This document shows, piece after piece, positions 8,645-20,400 of a stretch of 55,970 nt of DNA. The DNA comes from a bacterium (lineage in GTDB: Bacteria; UBP15; UBA6099; JAJRTR01), in NCBI GenBank assembly GCA_024278215.1, contig JAJRTR010000073.1:1-55970 (forward strand). Reading direction: 5' to 3'. The position numbers and the translations under genes are program-made. The notes beneath the pieces are model-generated. The model was not told where the DNA came from, did no database searches, and was given only the letters and a program-made list of their open reading frames with translations. How positions within the stretch are numbered: the first letter of the stretch is position 1; each line of letters begins with the position of its first letter.

Positions 8645-10134
8645 ATACGTCCGTAGATGGTAGTGAGGTGCAGGAGGTCCGCGGCGATGTTTTCATGTAG
8701 AACGCCGGGGGCGATGCGCCATTCCCAGTTGCCGTGTGCGACGGCAGGCGTGTTCAGCCGCGAGTCCGCGCCCAGTCCGAGAATGTCCTGAATGGGGAAA
8801 AGCGCGATGTCGCCAACACTCATCATGGCGAGCCTGATGAACTCCCGGTGCATCTGCCCGTCGGGAATTTCTTTTCCGAAGTAATCGCGTATTCTGCGTC
8901 TGTCGTCGGCGCCGGTTTCGTTGTCGAGCCAGCCGCGCACTGTGTTGTTGTCGTGCGTTCCGGTGTAAACGACACAATTACGCGGGTATGTATGCGGCAG
9001 GTAGGGGTGCATGGGATCGTCTTCGTGAAAAGCGTAAAGGAGAATCTTCATTCCTGGTATGTCGTATTTCGTCATTGACTCGCGAACCTGAGGGGGCATG
9101 TAGCCGAGGTCTTCCGCGATAACCGGCAATGTACAGAAACGTTTGCGCAACGCATGAAAAAAATCGTCGAAAGGCGCGTCGGCCCAGTGCCCGTCGACCG
9201 CTGTTTCCTCGCCGAACGGGACCTCCCAGTATTTGAATAATCCCACAAAGTGATCGATTCTAACCGCGTCGAAACATGAAATTGTTTGTTTCATTCGACT
9301 GACCCACCAGTGGAAATCGTCCGCTCTCAATGTGTCCCAGTCATAAACAGGATTGCCCCACAACTGGCCGGTGTCGCTGAAATAGTCCGGTGGCACACCG
9401 GATACGAAAAGCGGTCTGAGGTCTTCGTCGAGTTTGAAAATGCCGGGATTGCTCCATGTGTCCGAGGAGTCGTAATCGACATAAAGAGGCATGTCGCCGA
9501 TAATCTGTATACACTTTTCATTGCAATATTTCTTCAAGGCGCGCCACTGTTTGTGAAAAAGATACTGAGAGAACTTTTCTCTTTCTATTGCGTGATGATT
9601 CTCGTTGCGGGCGGTTTCGAGTGAGCCCTCGTGTCTGTACCTGTATTCGTCGGGCCAGTTGTCCCACGAGCGCATATCGAACTTTATTTTCAATGCTTTA
9701 AACAGAGCGTAGTCGTCGAGCCAGAAAGAGTTTTCGGCGCAGAAGTCGTCGAACAATGATCTTTCGCGGCCTGACAGAAAACGATTGAATGCGCGGTCGA
9801 GCAGATATGTTTTGTATTCGAGCACCCACTGGTAGTTGCATCTGTCGACGGGGAAGTCCGGCGGATTGACGATGTCGTTGCTGTCCAGCAATCCGTCCCG
9901 CACGATCAGTTCCGGGCTTATCAGGAGGGTGTTGTAAGCGAAAACAGAAATGCTGCTGTAGGGTGAACTGCCGTGTGCGGGGTCTGTAGGGTTAAGGGGA
10001 AGCACCTGCCAGTATGATTGGCCGCTGCGGTGCAGGAAGTCCGCGAAATCGAATGCGGCAGGTCCGAGGTCGCCGATCCCGTATCGCGAGGGAAGTGATG
10101 TAATATGACAAAGAAGTCCGCTGCCTCTTCTCAT
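8641..10134 (-). CDS. malQ: 4-alpha-glucanotransferase (GH77)
   Basis: HITSLP, WQVLPLNP, GVPPDYFS.TGQLWGNP, RIDHF, IAEDLG, YTGTHDN. Confidence 0.97.
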   Translation of the reverse strand: MRRGSGLLCHITSLPSRYGIGDLGPAAFDFADFLHRSGQSYWQVLPLNPTDPAHGSSPYSSISVFAYNTLLISPELIVRDGLLDSNDIVNPPDFPVDRCNYQWVLEYKTYLLDRAFNRFLSGRERSLFDDFCAENSFWLDDYALFKALKIKFDMRSWDNWPDEYRYRHEGSLETARNENHHAIEREKFSQYLFHKQWRALKKYCNEKCIQIIGDMPLYVDYDSSDTWSNPGIFKLDEDLRPLFVSGVPPDYFSDTGQLWGNPVYDWDTLRADDFHWWVSRMKQTISCFDAVRIDHFVGLFKYWEVPFGEETAVDGHWADAPFDDFFHALRKRFCTLPVIAEDLGYMPPQVRESMTKYDIPGMKILLYAFHEDDPMHPYLPHTYPRNCVVYTGTHDNNTVRGWLDNETGADDRRRIRDYFGKEIPDGQMHREFIRLAMMSVGDIALFPIQDILGLGADSRLNTPAVAHGNWEWRIAPGVLHENIAADLLHLTTIYGRI

Positions 10135-10234
10135 ATATGTTTCCTTTTGTCGATGACAGTTCCCATCTTTATTTGCGTGTATCGCAAAACCCGGTCAAAA
10201 CTGAAATTGGATATTGCGACGGCCAGACACAAGT

Positions 10235-12163
10235 TCAGTCGTGCTTTTCTTTTTTAAACAAAACAATGCCGAGCGGCGGAAGTGTCATCTGCAGCGAATG
10301 TGTGAAACCGTGATAGGGGACATCCTCGGCGTTCATGCCGCCGAAGTTGCCCACACCGCTGCCGCCGTATATTGTGGAATCGCTGTTAAGCAACTCTTTC
10401 CAGAAACCGCCCTGCGGCACACCCGCGCGGTAGCCCTCGCGCACGACAGGTGTGAAGTTGCATATAACAAGGATTTCATCGCCAGGCCTGCCGCTCATGC
10501 GCATGTAACTTAGTACACTGTTCCGGTAGTCGCTGTGGTCGATCCAGCGAAAGCCGCCGGGCTCGAAATCGAGCCTGTGCAGCGCAGGTTCCGCGCGGTA
10601 TAGGCTGTTGAGGTCGGCAACGCAGTTCCTTATGCCGGAGTGCAGGTGTGTTTCGAGCAGGTGCCAGTCGAGCGACACTTCATGGTACCACTCGTTCCAT
10701 TGTCCGAATTCGCCGCCCATGAAAAGCAGTTTCTTGCCGGGGTGCGTGAACATGTAGCCGAACATGACTCGAAGATTCGCCGCCTTCTGCCAGTTGTCTC
10801 CCGGCATTCGTCTCATCAGCGAACCTTTGCCGTGCACAACCTCGTCGTGCGACAGCGGCAGCACATAATTTTCTGAAAACGCATACCATATACTGAATGT
10901 CAGCCTGTTGTGGTCGTAGCTTCTGAATATCGGATCTCTGGACATGTAATCCAGAGTGTCGTGCATCCAGCCCATTTTCCATTTCATGCCGAAGCCGAGT
11001 CCGCCGACATACACAGGGCGCGAGACCATCGGCCAGGCGGTCGAGTCCTCGGCGATTGTCATTGTATCCGGGAAGAAATGATAAACGGTTTCATTGAGTC
11101 TCTTTATGAAATCCAGCGCTTCGAGATTCTCGCGGCCACCGTACTTGTTGGGTATCCATTCGCCTGCCGAGCGCGCGTAATCGCGATATATCATGGAAGC
11201 TATCGCGTCCACGCGCAGGCCGTCGGCGTGGTATTTGTCGAGCCAGAAGAGCGCGCTGGAGATGAGGAAATTGCGCACTTCGTTGCGTCCGTAATTAAAG
11301 ATGTAACTCTTCCATTCGGGGTGGAAACCCTCGCGTGGGTCCTGATGTTCGTAGAGGTTTGTGCCGTCGAAATAGACGAGTCCGTGCTCGTCGGAAGGGA
11401 AGTGCGAAGGCACCCAGTCGAGAATGACGCCGATACCGTACTGGTGGAGTTTGTCGACGAGATACATGAAATCCTGCGGCGAACCGTACCGGGCGGTGGG
11501 TGCGAAGAAGCCGGTCTTCTGATAGCCCCACGAAGGGTAATAGGGGTGTTCCATGATCGGCATGAATTCGACATGAGTGAAGCCGGTGTCGCGAACGTAG
11601 TCGGGAAGCGTCTCCGCTATTTCACGATATGAAAGGAGCCGTGCCGGGTTGTTCGGGTCTCGCTTCCACGAGCCGATATGTATCTCGTAGATAGACATCG
11701 GTGCGGCGAGAGAATTAGCTTCCGCGCGCGATTCCATCCATGACGAGTCTTTCCATTCGTAATCGAGTTCCCATACATAAGTGGCCGTCTCGGGAGGCGA
11801 TTGATGCGCGAAACCGAACGGATCGCTTTTTGCAGCCTCGTAATTGTTCGAGCCCGAACGCACGTAGTACTTGTAAAGAGCACCGGGTTTGATTCCCGGG
11901 ATGAAACCTTCCCATATACCGGAGCTGTCAAGCCGGCATGTAAGTTTGTGCGAGTCGCGGTTCCATCCGTTAAAGTCGCCGATAACCGATACTTCACGCG
12001 CGTTCGGCGCCCACACTGCGAACTGGACACCGCTCCTGCCCTTGAGTTTGCGCGTGTGTGCCCCAAGCTTATCGTACAGCTTGAAGTGGTTGCCTTCCTT
12101 AAAAAGATATATGTCCTGGTCCGTAAAAAGTGTCGGGCCGTATATTACGTTCTTTGCGTCCAT
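10235..12163 (-). CDS. glgB: 1,4-alpha-glucan branching enzyme (GH13)
   Basis: [43 protein letters not shown]. Confidence 0.97.
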   Translation of the reverse strand: MDAKNVIYGPTLFTDQDIYLFKEGNHFKLYDKLGAHTRKLKGRSGVQFAVWAPNAREVSVIGDFNGWNRDSHKLTCRLDSSGIWEGFIPGIKPGALYKYYVRSGSNNYEAAKSDPFGFAHQSPPETATYVWELDYEWKDSSWMESRAEANSLAAPMSIYEIHIGSWKRDPNNPARLLSYREIAETLPDYVRDTGFTHVEFMPIMEHPYYPSWGYQKTGFFAPTARYGSPQDFMYLVDKLHQYGIGVILDWVPSHFPSDEHGLVYFDGTNLYEHQDPREGFHPEWKSYIFNYGRNEVRNFLISSALFWLDKYHADGLRVDAIASMIYRDYARSAGEWIPNKYGGRENLEALDFIKRLNETVYHFFPDTMTIAEDSTAWPMVSRPVYVGGLGFGMKWKMGWMHDTLDYMSRDPIFRSYDHNRLTFSIWYAFSENYVLPLSHDEVVHGKGSLMRRMPGDNWQKAANLRVMFGYMFTHPGKKLLFMGGEFGQWNEWYHEVSLDWHLLETHLHSGIRNCVADLNSLYRAEPALHRLDFEPGGFRWIDHSDYRNSVLSYMRMSGRPGDEILVICNFTPVVREGYRAGVPQGGFWKELLNSDSTIYGGSGVGNFGGMNAEDVPYHGFTHSLQMTLPPLGIVLFKKEKHD

Positions 12164-12365
12164 AAAAGTATTCCCGGCGAATATTTACATATTCAATAAT
12201 CTAACGAGAATGGAGTTTATTGCAAGCGAATGAAAGATCAATGTGAAAAGCATATAATTGCTGAAAAGGGTCTTAATGAATATTTGATGTGTACAATTGA
12301 AATCAATAAGCATAAAATGTGTCATAAGAGCATAAGGAAATAATATGCAAACGGAGGATAATAAA

Positions 12366-12743
12366 ATGTCGGGGAGACGTATAAAAATAACTGCGGGAGA
12401 TGTCAGCGTCGAGGCGGTGCTTTCCGGCGGAACGACAGCAAATAAATTATGGGACGCTCTGCCGATCACAGGAAGCGCGAACACGTGGGGCGACGAGATA
12501 TATTTTTCGATACCGCTGAAGGCGGGCGTCGAACCCGGCGCGAGCGATGTTGTCGGGAAGGGCGACATAGCATACTGGCCTCCCGGCTCTGCATTTTGCA
12601 TTTTCTGGGGTCGAACACCGGCAAGCGTTGGCGACGAGATACGCGCGGCGAGCGAAGTGAATCATCTTGGCGCGATAGACGGCGACGCCGCTGTTTTCGG
12701 CGCTGTGCAGGGCGGCACTGAAGTGAAGATCGAGAAGGTATAA
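12366..12743 (+). CDS. Cyclophilin-like fold protein (DUF369/TM1367-type)
   Basis: ALPI..ANTWGDEIYF, GDIAYWPPG.AFCIFWG.TP; GGAGG RBS. Confidence 0.85.
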   Translation: MSGRRIKITAGDVSVEAVLSGGTTANKLWDALPITGSANTWGDEIYFSIPLKAGVEPGASDVVGKGDIAYWPPGSAFCIFWGRTPASVGDEIRAASEVNHLGAIDGDAAVFGAVQGGTEVKIEKV

Positions 12744-13648
12744 TGGTGGCTATGGCTGAAAGTTCATCGGACAACATTTGCGGTGTCATCGACGCCCACG
12801 TTCATATAACAACTCCTTTCAGACTGGCCGGACTCATGCGCTGGGTTCGATCATTCAACCCGAATCACCAGGTGCCGGTCGATGTCGACGAAAAGTATAT
12901 TCTGCATGATATGAAGTCGCTCGGCACACGCTATTTTTTCAATCTCATATATCCGCTTCGCCGAAAAGAAACCGGCACGCTGAACAAATACAATTATGAT
13001 ATTACGTGCCGTCTGCCGAACAGCGCAGGCTGGGGTTCGCTTCATCCGAGAAACGAGCGGAAGGCGGAGATTACGAGGCAGGCGATTGAGCAGTACGGTT
13101 TCATCGGCATGAAACTGCATCCGTTTGTTCAGAAGTTTTCTATAACAGATAGCTGTATGAGCCCGCTGTATGAGACACTTTCCGAACTTAAAAGACCTCT
13201 TTTCATACATACCGGCTTCGATGAATTTTACGAAATGAAATTGACAGCGGAGCAGATAAGTGGGATCGCGGGAGATTATCCCGACATGCCGATTATCATT
13301 TCACATACTTTGTTTCCGCGGCTGGACAAGGCGATAGAACTGATGGGCAGGCATGAGCAGATAATCGGCGACCTGACGAATGTGCCGGGTGCGATCAGGT
13401 ATTTGATGGGAAATAAGAAAAACGAATCGTTGTCGAAAACGGAAGCGGGCAAGCTGCTGGCCGCCGAGTTGCCTGCGTTTGCGGACAGGTTGCTATTCGG
13501 CACCGATCATCCGGCCGGTATAGGTACCTATAACAGCATCTATAATGATTTCTATGATCTGGGCCTGCCCGTCGAACTGGAGAAAAAGATTACCTGGAGC
13601 AACCCGATGAACATGGTCCGGAAATATCTGCCCGGCAGGTGGGACTGA
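12743..13648 (+). CDS. Amidohydrolase_2 family metallohydrolase
   Basis: DAHVH, GMKLHP, IHTG, LFGTDHP. Confidence 0.85.
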   Translation: MVAMAESSSDNICGVIDAHVHITTPFRLAGLMRWVRSFNPNHQVPVDVDEKYILHDMKSLGTRYFFNLIYPLRRKETGTLNKYNYDITCRLPNSAGWGSLHPRNERKAEITRQAIEQYGFIGMKLHPFVQKFSITDSCMSPLYETLSELKRPLFIHTGFDEFYEMKLTAEQISGIAGDYPDMPIIISHTLFPRLDKAIELMGRHEQIIGDLTNVPGAIRYLMGNKKNESLSKTEAGKLLAAELPAFADRLLFGTDHPAGIGTYNSIYNDFYDLGLPVELEKKITWSNPMNMVRKYLPGRWD

Positions 13649-13690
13649 CATACCAATGCGCGATTGTGTTGTTTTCGCGTCGCAGCAAAG

Positions 13691-16600
13691 TTAATTCAAA
13701 AAGAAGTTCGGATCGATAAGTTCTTCGAGTCCTTTCATAGCGAGATAATAATATCTTCGATTTTGCACAATTTTCATAAGCAACTCACGCGCTTCCCTTT
13801 TTTCGCCTTTGAGCGCGAGCGTCCTGCCGAGTTCAGCACGCATGTATACGTTTTCAGGTGCTATGAGCACTCCCTTTCTCAGGACGTTTTCAGCATCTGC
13901 ATATTGTTCTATCTCTATGCTGTACCTGCCGAGAGCGAGATAGCAGTCTTCACAGAATTGATTGTTCTCGATTGCGGACTTTTCGTATTTCGCCGCGAGT
14001 TCATACTCGTCGCGGCCCGCACACAGGCCCGCCATGAAGTGATGGATATACCAGCTATACGGCCACCTTTTCACGTAACGCCTGTATTCGTCGTGCAGGG
14101 AGTCGTAGTCTTCTGTCCGGTTAAAGACGGACATTCTACTGATAAGTGCGGCGGCCTCCCTGCTGTTGTCGGGGGGATGCGGCGCGCCCTTTATTTTCTT
14201 TATAAGTTCATTTGCCTTATCGCTGCGGCCTGCTTTGTAATATGCCACTACCTCCTTTATTCGAGGTGTCATGCCGGGTTCCGTTTCATGCGCTTTTCTG
14301 TAATAGGTGATTGCATCGTCGTACAATTTCCTGTCGAGGTCGACATCGGCAAGGCACAAATAGCCTTCCGTGTAATCCGGGTTTATCTCGACAGCTTTCT
14401 TACACCTTTTTTCCCTTTCGGAATTGTCGAAAATATTCAATTTTATAGTCGCGCATTCATAACATTTCGGGTCCATCTCAAGTGCGGCGTCCAGAAATGT
14501 CCGCGACTTCATCCTGTCTCCGAAAAAGGAATAGAACGCCGCGCCGGTTTTTGCTAAAGCCATCGCCTCGGCGTGTTTATTGTCTTCCGCTTTGTAATAC
14601 AGCCACATCAGTTCGGCGGCCTCTTTAATATTGCTTCTGTCCTTTTTGAGCACCAGCCACGCGAGCGGATATGTAAGGTCGCGCCAGTACGGCGCTTTCT
14701 GTTTTTCTACGATTTCACGTGCTTTTTTCTCTGATTTTTCATAATCGAAGATGGATTTCTGATAGAAGTTAAAGATATCCCTGTGGATCGTCGAGTAATC
14801 GTCGGCAAGTTTTTCCGCCTTAAGATATGTTTCTTCAGCATCATCGTCGAGATTCATTTTCTCAAGAATTTTCGCTTTCATCCATAACGAATCAAAGTCG
14901 TCGGCGTTTCTATCTATCAGGTTGTCGAGCAGTTCGACAGCTTTCTCATTGTCGCCGAGTCTGCTTGTTATGTGCGCCAGTTTTCTCATAGAGCGAATGT
15001 TGTCGCCGTCTTTCAGAACAGCTTTTGTGAGTGCCGCCCGTGCATCTGCAAGTCTGAATATCTTTTCGTATATGTCTGCAATATCCTGGAGTTCGTCGGA
15101 TGTGGGATTCATCGTTTCCGCGCGTTTGAGCGCCCTGAAAGTGTTTTTAGTACTACTGTTGTTTTCCGCAATTCTTATCATTGCGGCGACAGTTTTTCTA
15201 TCGGTCGCTTTTCTCCGCTTTTCCTCATCCTTCCATTTTCTATTCTTCTTTTCAGGGGTTGCCGCGGTGCCGTCATCGTTTGTCGCGTACAGGTAAGCGT
15301 TAACTTTAAGTTCCGGCTCGGTCAATCCGGCGATAATATCGGCGAGGCGGTCCTTAAAAGTAACCACCTTTTTCTCTTTTTTTCTTTGCTCCGCCGCGGC
15401 TTCCGTTTTCGCTCTTTGCGCGTCGACGTCAGGATTGGAAATATCTATTTCGGAGATTCCCATAGCGTCGGTAGTTCCGTCCCAGGCATAAGCTTTCAGG
15501 AAATATTTCCCGCTCGGAATGAAAGCCGGGACAGTGAAATCGACCAGGGCCGCGCCCGTGTCGTCGAGTTCAGTCTCCATTCTGTATGCGATCTTGTTGT
15601 TTGCATTTTGATAGTTGGAAGTTACAGCGTCAGATAGTTTGTTTCCGGCGAGGCCGTCGATATCAGTGATGTCGTAAATGATTTCAGTCGGGTGGCTTTC
15701 AAATGTGAAGAGGAGTTTTCCCTTCTTCTTTTCCTTCGTACGAATCGCCACATGCAGCTTTTCACCGGGGCCGGCCTTCGTGGGCGCGTCGATCTCGATC
15801 GTTTCCGCGGCATAAGGTATTTTCGTCGCGGGGTCGCCGATGTAGTTGTAAAGATAAATGTGATCATAGCTGTTCTTGATCTGCTCTTTCCTGCCCATGC
15901 CGAGCAGAGCGTATTGCTTGTCTATGAATTTACGGTCGGTGTCGAACCGCCACACGAGGGACCTGTAGATGTTGAGAATGCCTTCGCCGATGGTTGCGGG
16001 GCGTTTGTCCATCATATAGTACATAATATCTTTAGAGAGCATCGTGTTGGAGTAGGGATGCGACACCTCGGTTGCAGCGAAAACGCCGATGGGGCCGTCC
16101 GCCGCTTTGAACATCTCTTCAGCGATTGAATCCTCCTGGATATCGAATTTGCCGGTCAGGCAGCAGATGCTGAAAAAGAAAGGGGGCTTTCCGCCGGTTT
16201 TGATCCCGCCGACATCCTCATTCTGCATGATGCGTTTGCATTTGCCTTTGTAGCAAACGCTGCTGAGACCGGTAACGGAACCGTGTCCGATGTAGGTCAT
16301 GAAAAGTGAACCGTCGCTGAAGCGGTCGAATACTTTTTGTTTGAAATCGGCGGGCATCTGGAAATAGGGCATACTCGAACCGCCGTAAGTCATATTCAAG
16401 TCGAAGACCGGATCGAAATTGCTGCGAACGAGTTTTTTCGTTGTTTCTTCGAGCGTGGTATCGAAAATGCCGAAATTGCCTGTGCTCGCCAATACGGATG
16501 CGCGTCTCCGCCACGGGCCGGGCGTGGGATTCGTTTCATAGTTCAATATTTTCCTGACAGCCGCTGCGACTTCCTCTTTGTTATCCGCCGGTATCCTTCC

Positions 16601-17107
16601 GACGGCTATGTCGGGCACTTCGTCGCCGTCGACATCCCCGAACGCCGTGTCCGACGCCGCGAGTTTCTCTCCATCTTCTTCGTCCTCATCCTCGAGTTTC
16701 ACAATAAATGTCGGCATCATTAAACCATTGGGATCGTACTGCTCGAAAACATTTATGTCGCCGACCAGCAGGAGATATTTCGGTGTGCCTTTCTTCCAGT
16801 TGTGAGCCGCAAAAGTTACGAATTCCTTAATGGGCCACGGACCGGGCGGGCGGCGGTCGAACTCTGTATATATGTCTTTCGGACTTACAAGCGCGACCGA
16901 CATACCGCCTGCCGCCCTGTGGTCGAGCAGCGGCTGCAACTCATCATGAAACGCCTTCGGCGCGACAACGAGATAGACGGCTCCGTTTTTTCTCGACTTC
17001 AATTTTTTCACGGAATATTTATTGACGGCGCTCGCGCCGGCGGGATGCAGAATCGAGACAGCGAATATCGCCAGAAGGAAAATAATCGATTTTCTTATTG
17101 AATTCAT
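13691..17107 (-). CDS. Secreted C25 (gingipain-family) cysteine peptidase with C-terminal TPR array
   Basis: Signal peptide; YLLLVGD, SDTAFGDVDGD, AVGRIP, catalytic GHGS and CCLTG, YIGDP; Ig-like segment then many TPR-like helices. Confidence 0.85.
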   Translation of the reverse strand: MNSIRKSIIFLLAIFAVSILHPAGASAVNKYSVKKLKSRKNGAVYLVVAPKAFHDELQPLLDHRAAGGMSVALVSPKDIYTEFDRRPPGPWPIKEFVTFAAHNWKKGTPKYLLLVGDINVFEQYDPNGLMMPTFIVKLEDEDEEDGEKLAASDTAFGDVDGDEVPDIAVGRIPADNKEEVAAAVRKILNYETNPTPGPWRRRASVLASTGNFGIFDTTLEETTKKLVRSNFDPVFDLNMTYGGSSMPYFQMPADFKQKVFDRFSDGSLFMTYIGHGSVTGLSSVCYKGKCKRIMQNEDVGGIKTGGKPPFFFSICCLTGKFDIQEDSIAEEMFKAADGPIGVFAATEVSHPYSNTMLSKDIMYYMMDKRPATIGEGILNIYRSLVWRFDTDRKFIDKQYALLGMGRKEQIKNSYDHIYLYNYIGDPATKIPYAAETIEIDAPTKAGPGEKLHVAIRTKEKKKGKLLFTFESHPTEIIYDITDIDGLAGNKLSDAVTSNYQNANNKIAYRMETELDDTGAALVDFTVPAFIPSGKYFLKAYAWDGTTDAMGISEIDISNPDVDAQRAKTEAAAEQRKKEKKVVTFKDRLADIIAGLTEPELKVNAYLYATNDDGTAATPEKKNRKWKDEEKRRKATDRKTVAAMIRIAENNSSTKNTFRALKRAETMNPTSDELQDIADIYEKIFRLADARAALTKAVLKDGDNIRSMRKLAHITSRLGDNEKAVELLDNLIDRNADDFDSLWMKAKILEKMNLDDDAEETYLKAEKLADDYSTIHRDIFNFYQKSIFDYEKSEKKAREIVEKQKAPYWRDLTYPLAWLVLKKDRSNIKEAAELMWLYYKAEDNKHAEAMALAKTGAAFYSFFGDRMKSRTFLDAALEMDPKCYECATIKLNIFDNSEREKRCKKAVEINPDYTEGYLCLADVDLDRKLYDDAITYYRKAHETEPGMTPRIKEVVAYYKAGRSDKANELIKKIKGAPHPPDNSREAAALISRMSVFNRTEDYDSLHDEYRRYVKRWPYSWYIHHFMAGLCAGRDEYELAAKYEKSAIENNQFCEDCYLALGRYSIEIEQYADAENVLRKGVLIAPENVYMRAELGRTLALKGEKREARELLMKIVQNRRYYYLAMKGLEELIDPNFFLN

Positions 17108-17195
17108 AAAGTCGGCACCTCATCTCTTTATACAGGAAAAGCACAGGCAGACTGTCGACTGATTTTAATTCGTAGAGACGATAAATACAAATGTA

Positions 17196-17376
17196 GAGCC
17201 AATTGCAAAATCATGTTCGTAGCGAGGTCGAACGAAATTTTACAGAAGCAAGGCGGAGGTGCAAAATCCCCGCAGGCGTACTCGCCGAGTACGTTGAGGA
17301 AGATTTTGTGCTGACAACGCTGCTATGGACACAATTGCAACCGACCGCAGCCGAATCAGAATTTTGCAATTGGCTC
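17196..17376 (+). mobile_element. MITE-like palindromic element, copy 2
   Basis: 16-bp TIR GAGCCAATTGCAAAAT/ATTTTGCAATTGGCTC flanked by a TGTA direct repeat. Confidence 0.88.
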
Positions 17377-17492
17377 TGTATAATTTCAGATCATTGCAAC
17401 ATGGATTCACGTCGCCGGTGTGACATGAACACATGAAAACTGTGCTATAATTATATTAACCTGTAAAAAGGAATTTTACTTAAGTTCATTGC

Positions 17493-20400
17493 ATGATTTC
17501 ATATTGTCGTTACCTGTACACAACAATAATCATTTTAACATTAGTTATAGTTTTACCTGCACGTTTATATGCCTTTACGGATTCCGGCCAGTCTATAGGA
17601 AGCGGCAATGTATTGTCGGCGGCAGTCGGAGATATCGACGGCGACGGCGACCCCGATTTAATCACCGGATTGAATACACTTGGCGATAAGCTGTTTCTCA
17701 ATAGCGGCGGTACACTTACTGATTCGGGGCAGGCCCTGGACCCTGGAGATACATCCGGGATTTTCATTTTCGACGTAGATGGAGACGGTGATCTGGACTA
17801 TGTTGCAGGGAATCTCAACGGAAACGGCGGACTGTGGCTGAATGACGGGACAGGTACATTTTCTGATTCCGGATTGTCCGTCGGTAACAGTACTTACAGC
17901 TTCTATGCCGTCGATCTCGACATGGACGGCGATTACGACCTGCTCGAAGGAACAGATAATGGAGTCAGCAATAAAGCATGGCTGAATAACGGCGGTGGTG
18001 TCTTTACAGATTCCGGCCGGTCTTTCGACACTTCTACATACGCAGCCGTTGCAGGAAGTGATTTGGACGGCGACGGCGACACGGATTTTGTGGCTGCGGT
18101 TTTGGGAAGTTTACCTAATAAAGTGTGGAAGAATAACGGAACAGGAATCTTCACGGATTCCGGCCAGACACTGGGTGCCTGTGATTCGTCAAGTGTAGCT
18201 ATTTACGATTTTGACGCCGATGGAGACGCGGACGTGTTTTTTGGAAATGTCGGTGCTTCGAACACTGTCTGGCTGAATGACGGTTCCGGCGTACTAACCG
18301 ATTCGGGACAGGCGACGGGTGCGTCCGATACATACTCGGTAGCAGGCGCCGATATGGATGGCGACGGGGATTACGATGTCATATCAGGCAATGCGAATCC
18401 AATAAGCGGCATGCCGAATACATTTTGGATAAACAACGGAAGCGGTGTTTTCACTGACTCCGGCGAGGAGATAGGCGATAACGATTCATTTGCAATCGCT
18501 CTTTCCGACTTCGACGCGGACGGCGACATTGACATTTTCGACGGCAACCTGAGCGCCTCATCCGCCCTTTTCATCAACGACAACAACCATGCGAACACGA
18601 CACCGACAGCGCCGCCGCTGACGGCCGAGCCGGATATTGTAATTCTCGAAGCGACGGCGGCGATAACACTCGAGTGGGGCGCGGGCAGCGATGCAGAGGC
18701 AGCGGACACCGATCTGCTGACCTATGACCTGCGGGTCGGCACTTCAGCCGGAGCGTGCGATGTTTACTGCGGCACTTTTCCGACCGTGGGCGTGAGCCCG
18801 TATCACAGCGTGCTCCCCGGAAACGCGGGGGCGGCTCTATCTCATATTGTAGCGCTTGCGACCGGTACTTATTACTGGTCTGTGCGCACGGTGGACACAA
18901 CATATAAGGCAAGCGCGTGGAGCGTCGACGATTCGTTTATCGTCAGGCCGATTTACACCGATTCGGGCCAGTCGTTCGACGGCGCTAATACTTTCGCCGT
19001 TCACCCGCTGGACGCCGACGGCGACGGTGATGTCGATTTTATCGAAACGATATATCTCGACGACGATGTGCTGTGGAAAAACGACGGGGCCGGCACATTT
19101 ACAAAGGTAACGCAGGTCTGGAACGATATGAATGAGCTGGACGGCTGCACTGCCGACATCGACGGTGACGGCGACATCGATTTTATTTCCGCCAATAACG
19201 CGGCGCAGTCCAACAGGGTATGGAAAAACGACGGGAGCGGCACTTTTACGGACACCGGCCAGGCGCTGGGCAGCGGCAGGACGTATGACTGTGTGACCGT
19301 GGATGTGGATTCCGACGGCGATTACGATCTCGTTGCGGCAAATGAAAACGGAGACCCCAACAAGCTGTATAAAAACAACGGCACCGGGGTTTTCTCCGAT
19401 ACCTTGCAGTCGATGGGTGCGGAATACACGATGGAAGTTGTCGCCGGTGATTTCGACGACGACGGCGACGAGGATGTCGTCTTTGCGAACCGCTATGCGC
19501 CGAGTCAATTGTGGCTCAACGATGGCACAGGTGCGTTGACGGACTCGGGGCAGGCGATCGGCTCCGATGAGGCGCGATCGGTCTTCGCGGCGGATACCGA
19601 CGCGGACGGCGACGCGGACATTCTGATAGGATACGACAACGCGACGGACAGGATATTCATAAATGACGGTTCGGCTACATTCTCCGATTCGGGGCAGTCG
19701 CTCGTGTCACCGAAAACGAGGTCCGTGCATGTCATCGACGTGGATATAGACGGCGACCTGGATATTATAGCGGGCAACTATAATGCAGGCGACAAAGTCT
19801 GGTACAACGACGGTTCGGGCAATTTCAACGATTCGTTCATGAGCCTCGGAACCGGCGAAACGCAGAGTATATTCGCAGTTGATGTGGATGGCGACGGCGA
19901 CACGGACATAATCGAAGGCAACAGCAGCGGCGAGGGGTGCGCGGTATGGGAGAATATTCTCGATCCGTCGAACACGGCACCGTCGGCTCCTTCGATTACG
20001 ACAAAAGCTGATACGATAATTCCCGGAACGGCGACTGTTACATTTGAATGGTCGGACGGAAGCGACCCGGAAACAGCCGACGCCGATCTGCTGACTTATG
20101 ATATTCGTATCGGCACGAGCAGCGGCGGGTGCGAGGCTTTCTGCGGATCGCTGCCGTGGTCGGGCGCGGTGCCGTGGAGAAACACCGGGCCGGGTGCGAT
20201 GGGTGCCACGGGCTCGTTTTCAATCATTATGTCGACGGGAACATATTACTGGTCGATGCGCACGGTGGACCCGGCGAGCCTTGCTGGTGCGTGGGGAACG
20301 GAGGATTCTTTCGTTCTGATACAGGATGACGCAGCCGCTCCGACCGTTATTGACAACCAGGACGGCGATGACACATGGCGGAATGCGGCGGGCACAACTT

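Noticed and set aside
17203-17436. Small ORFs overlapping the MITE copies (also 947-1252, 37184-37387)
   Set aside because: Frames differ between copies and lack convincing RBS; no sign of in-frame insertion into real genes
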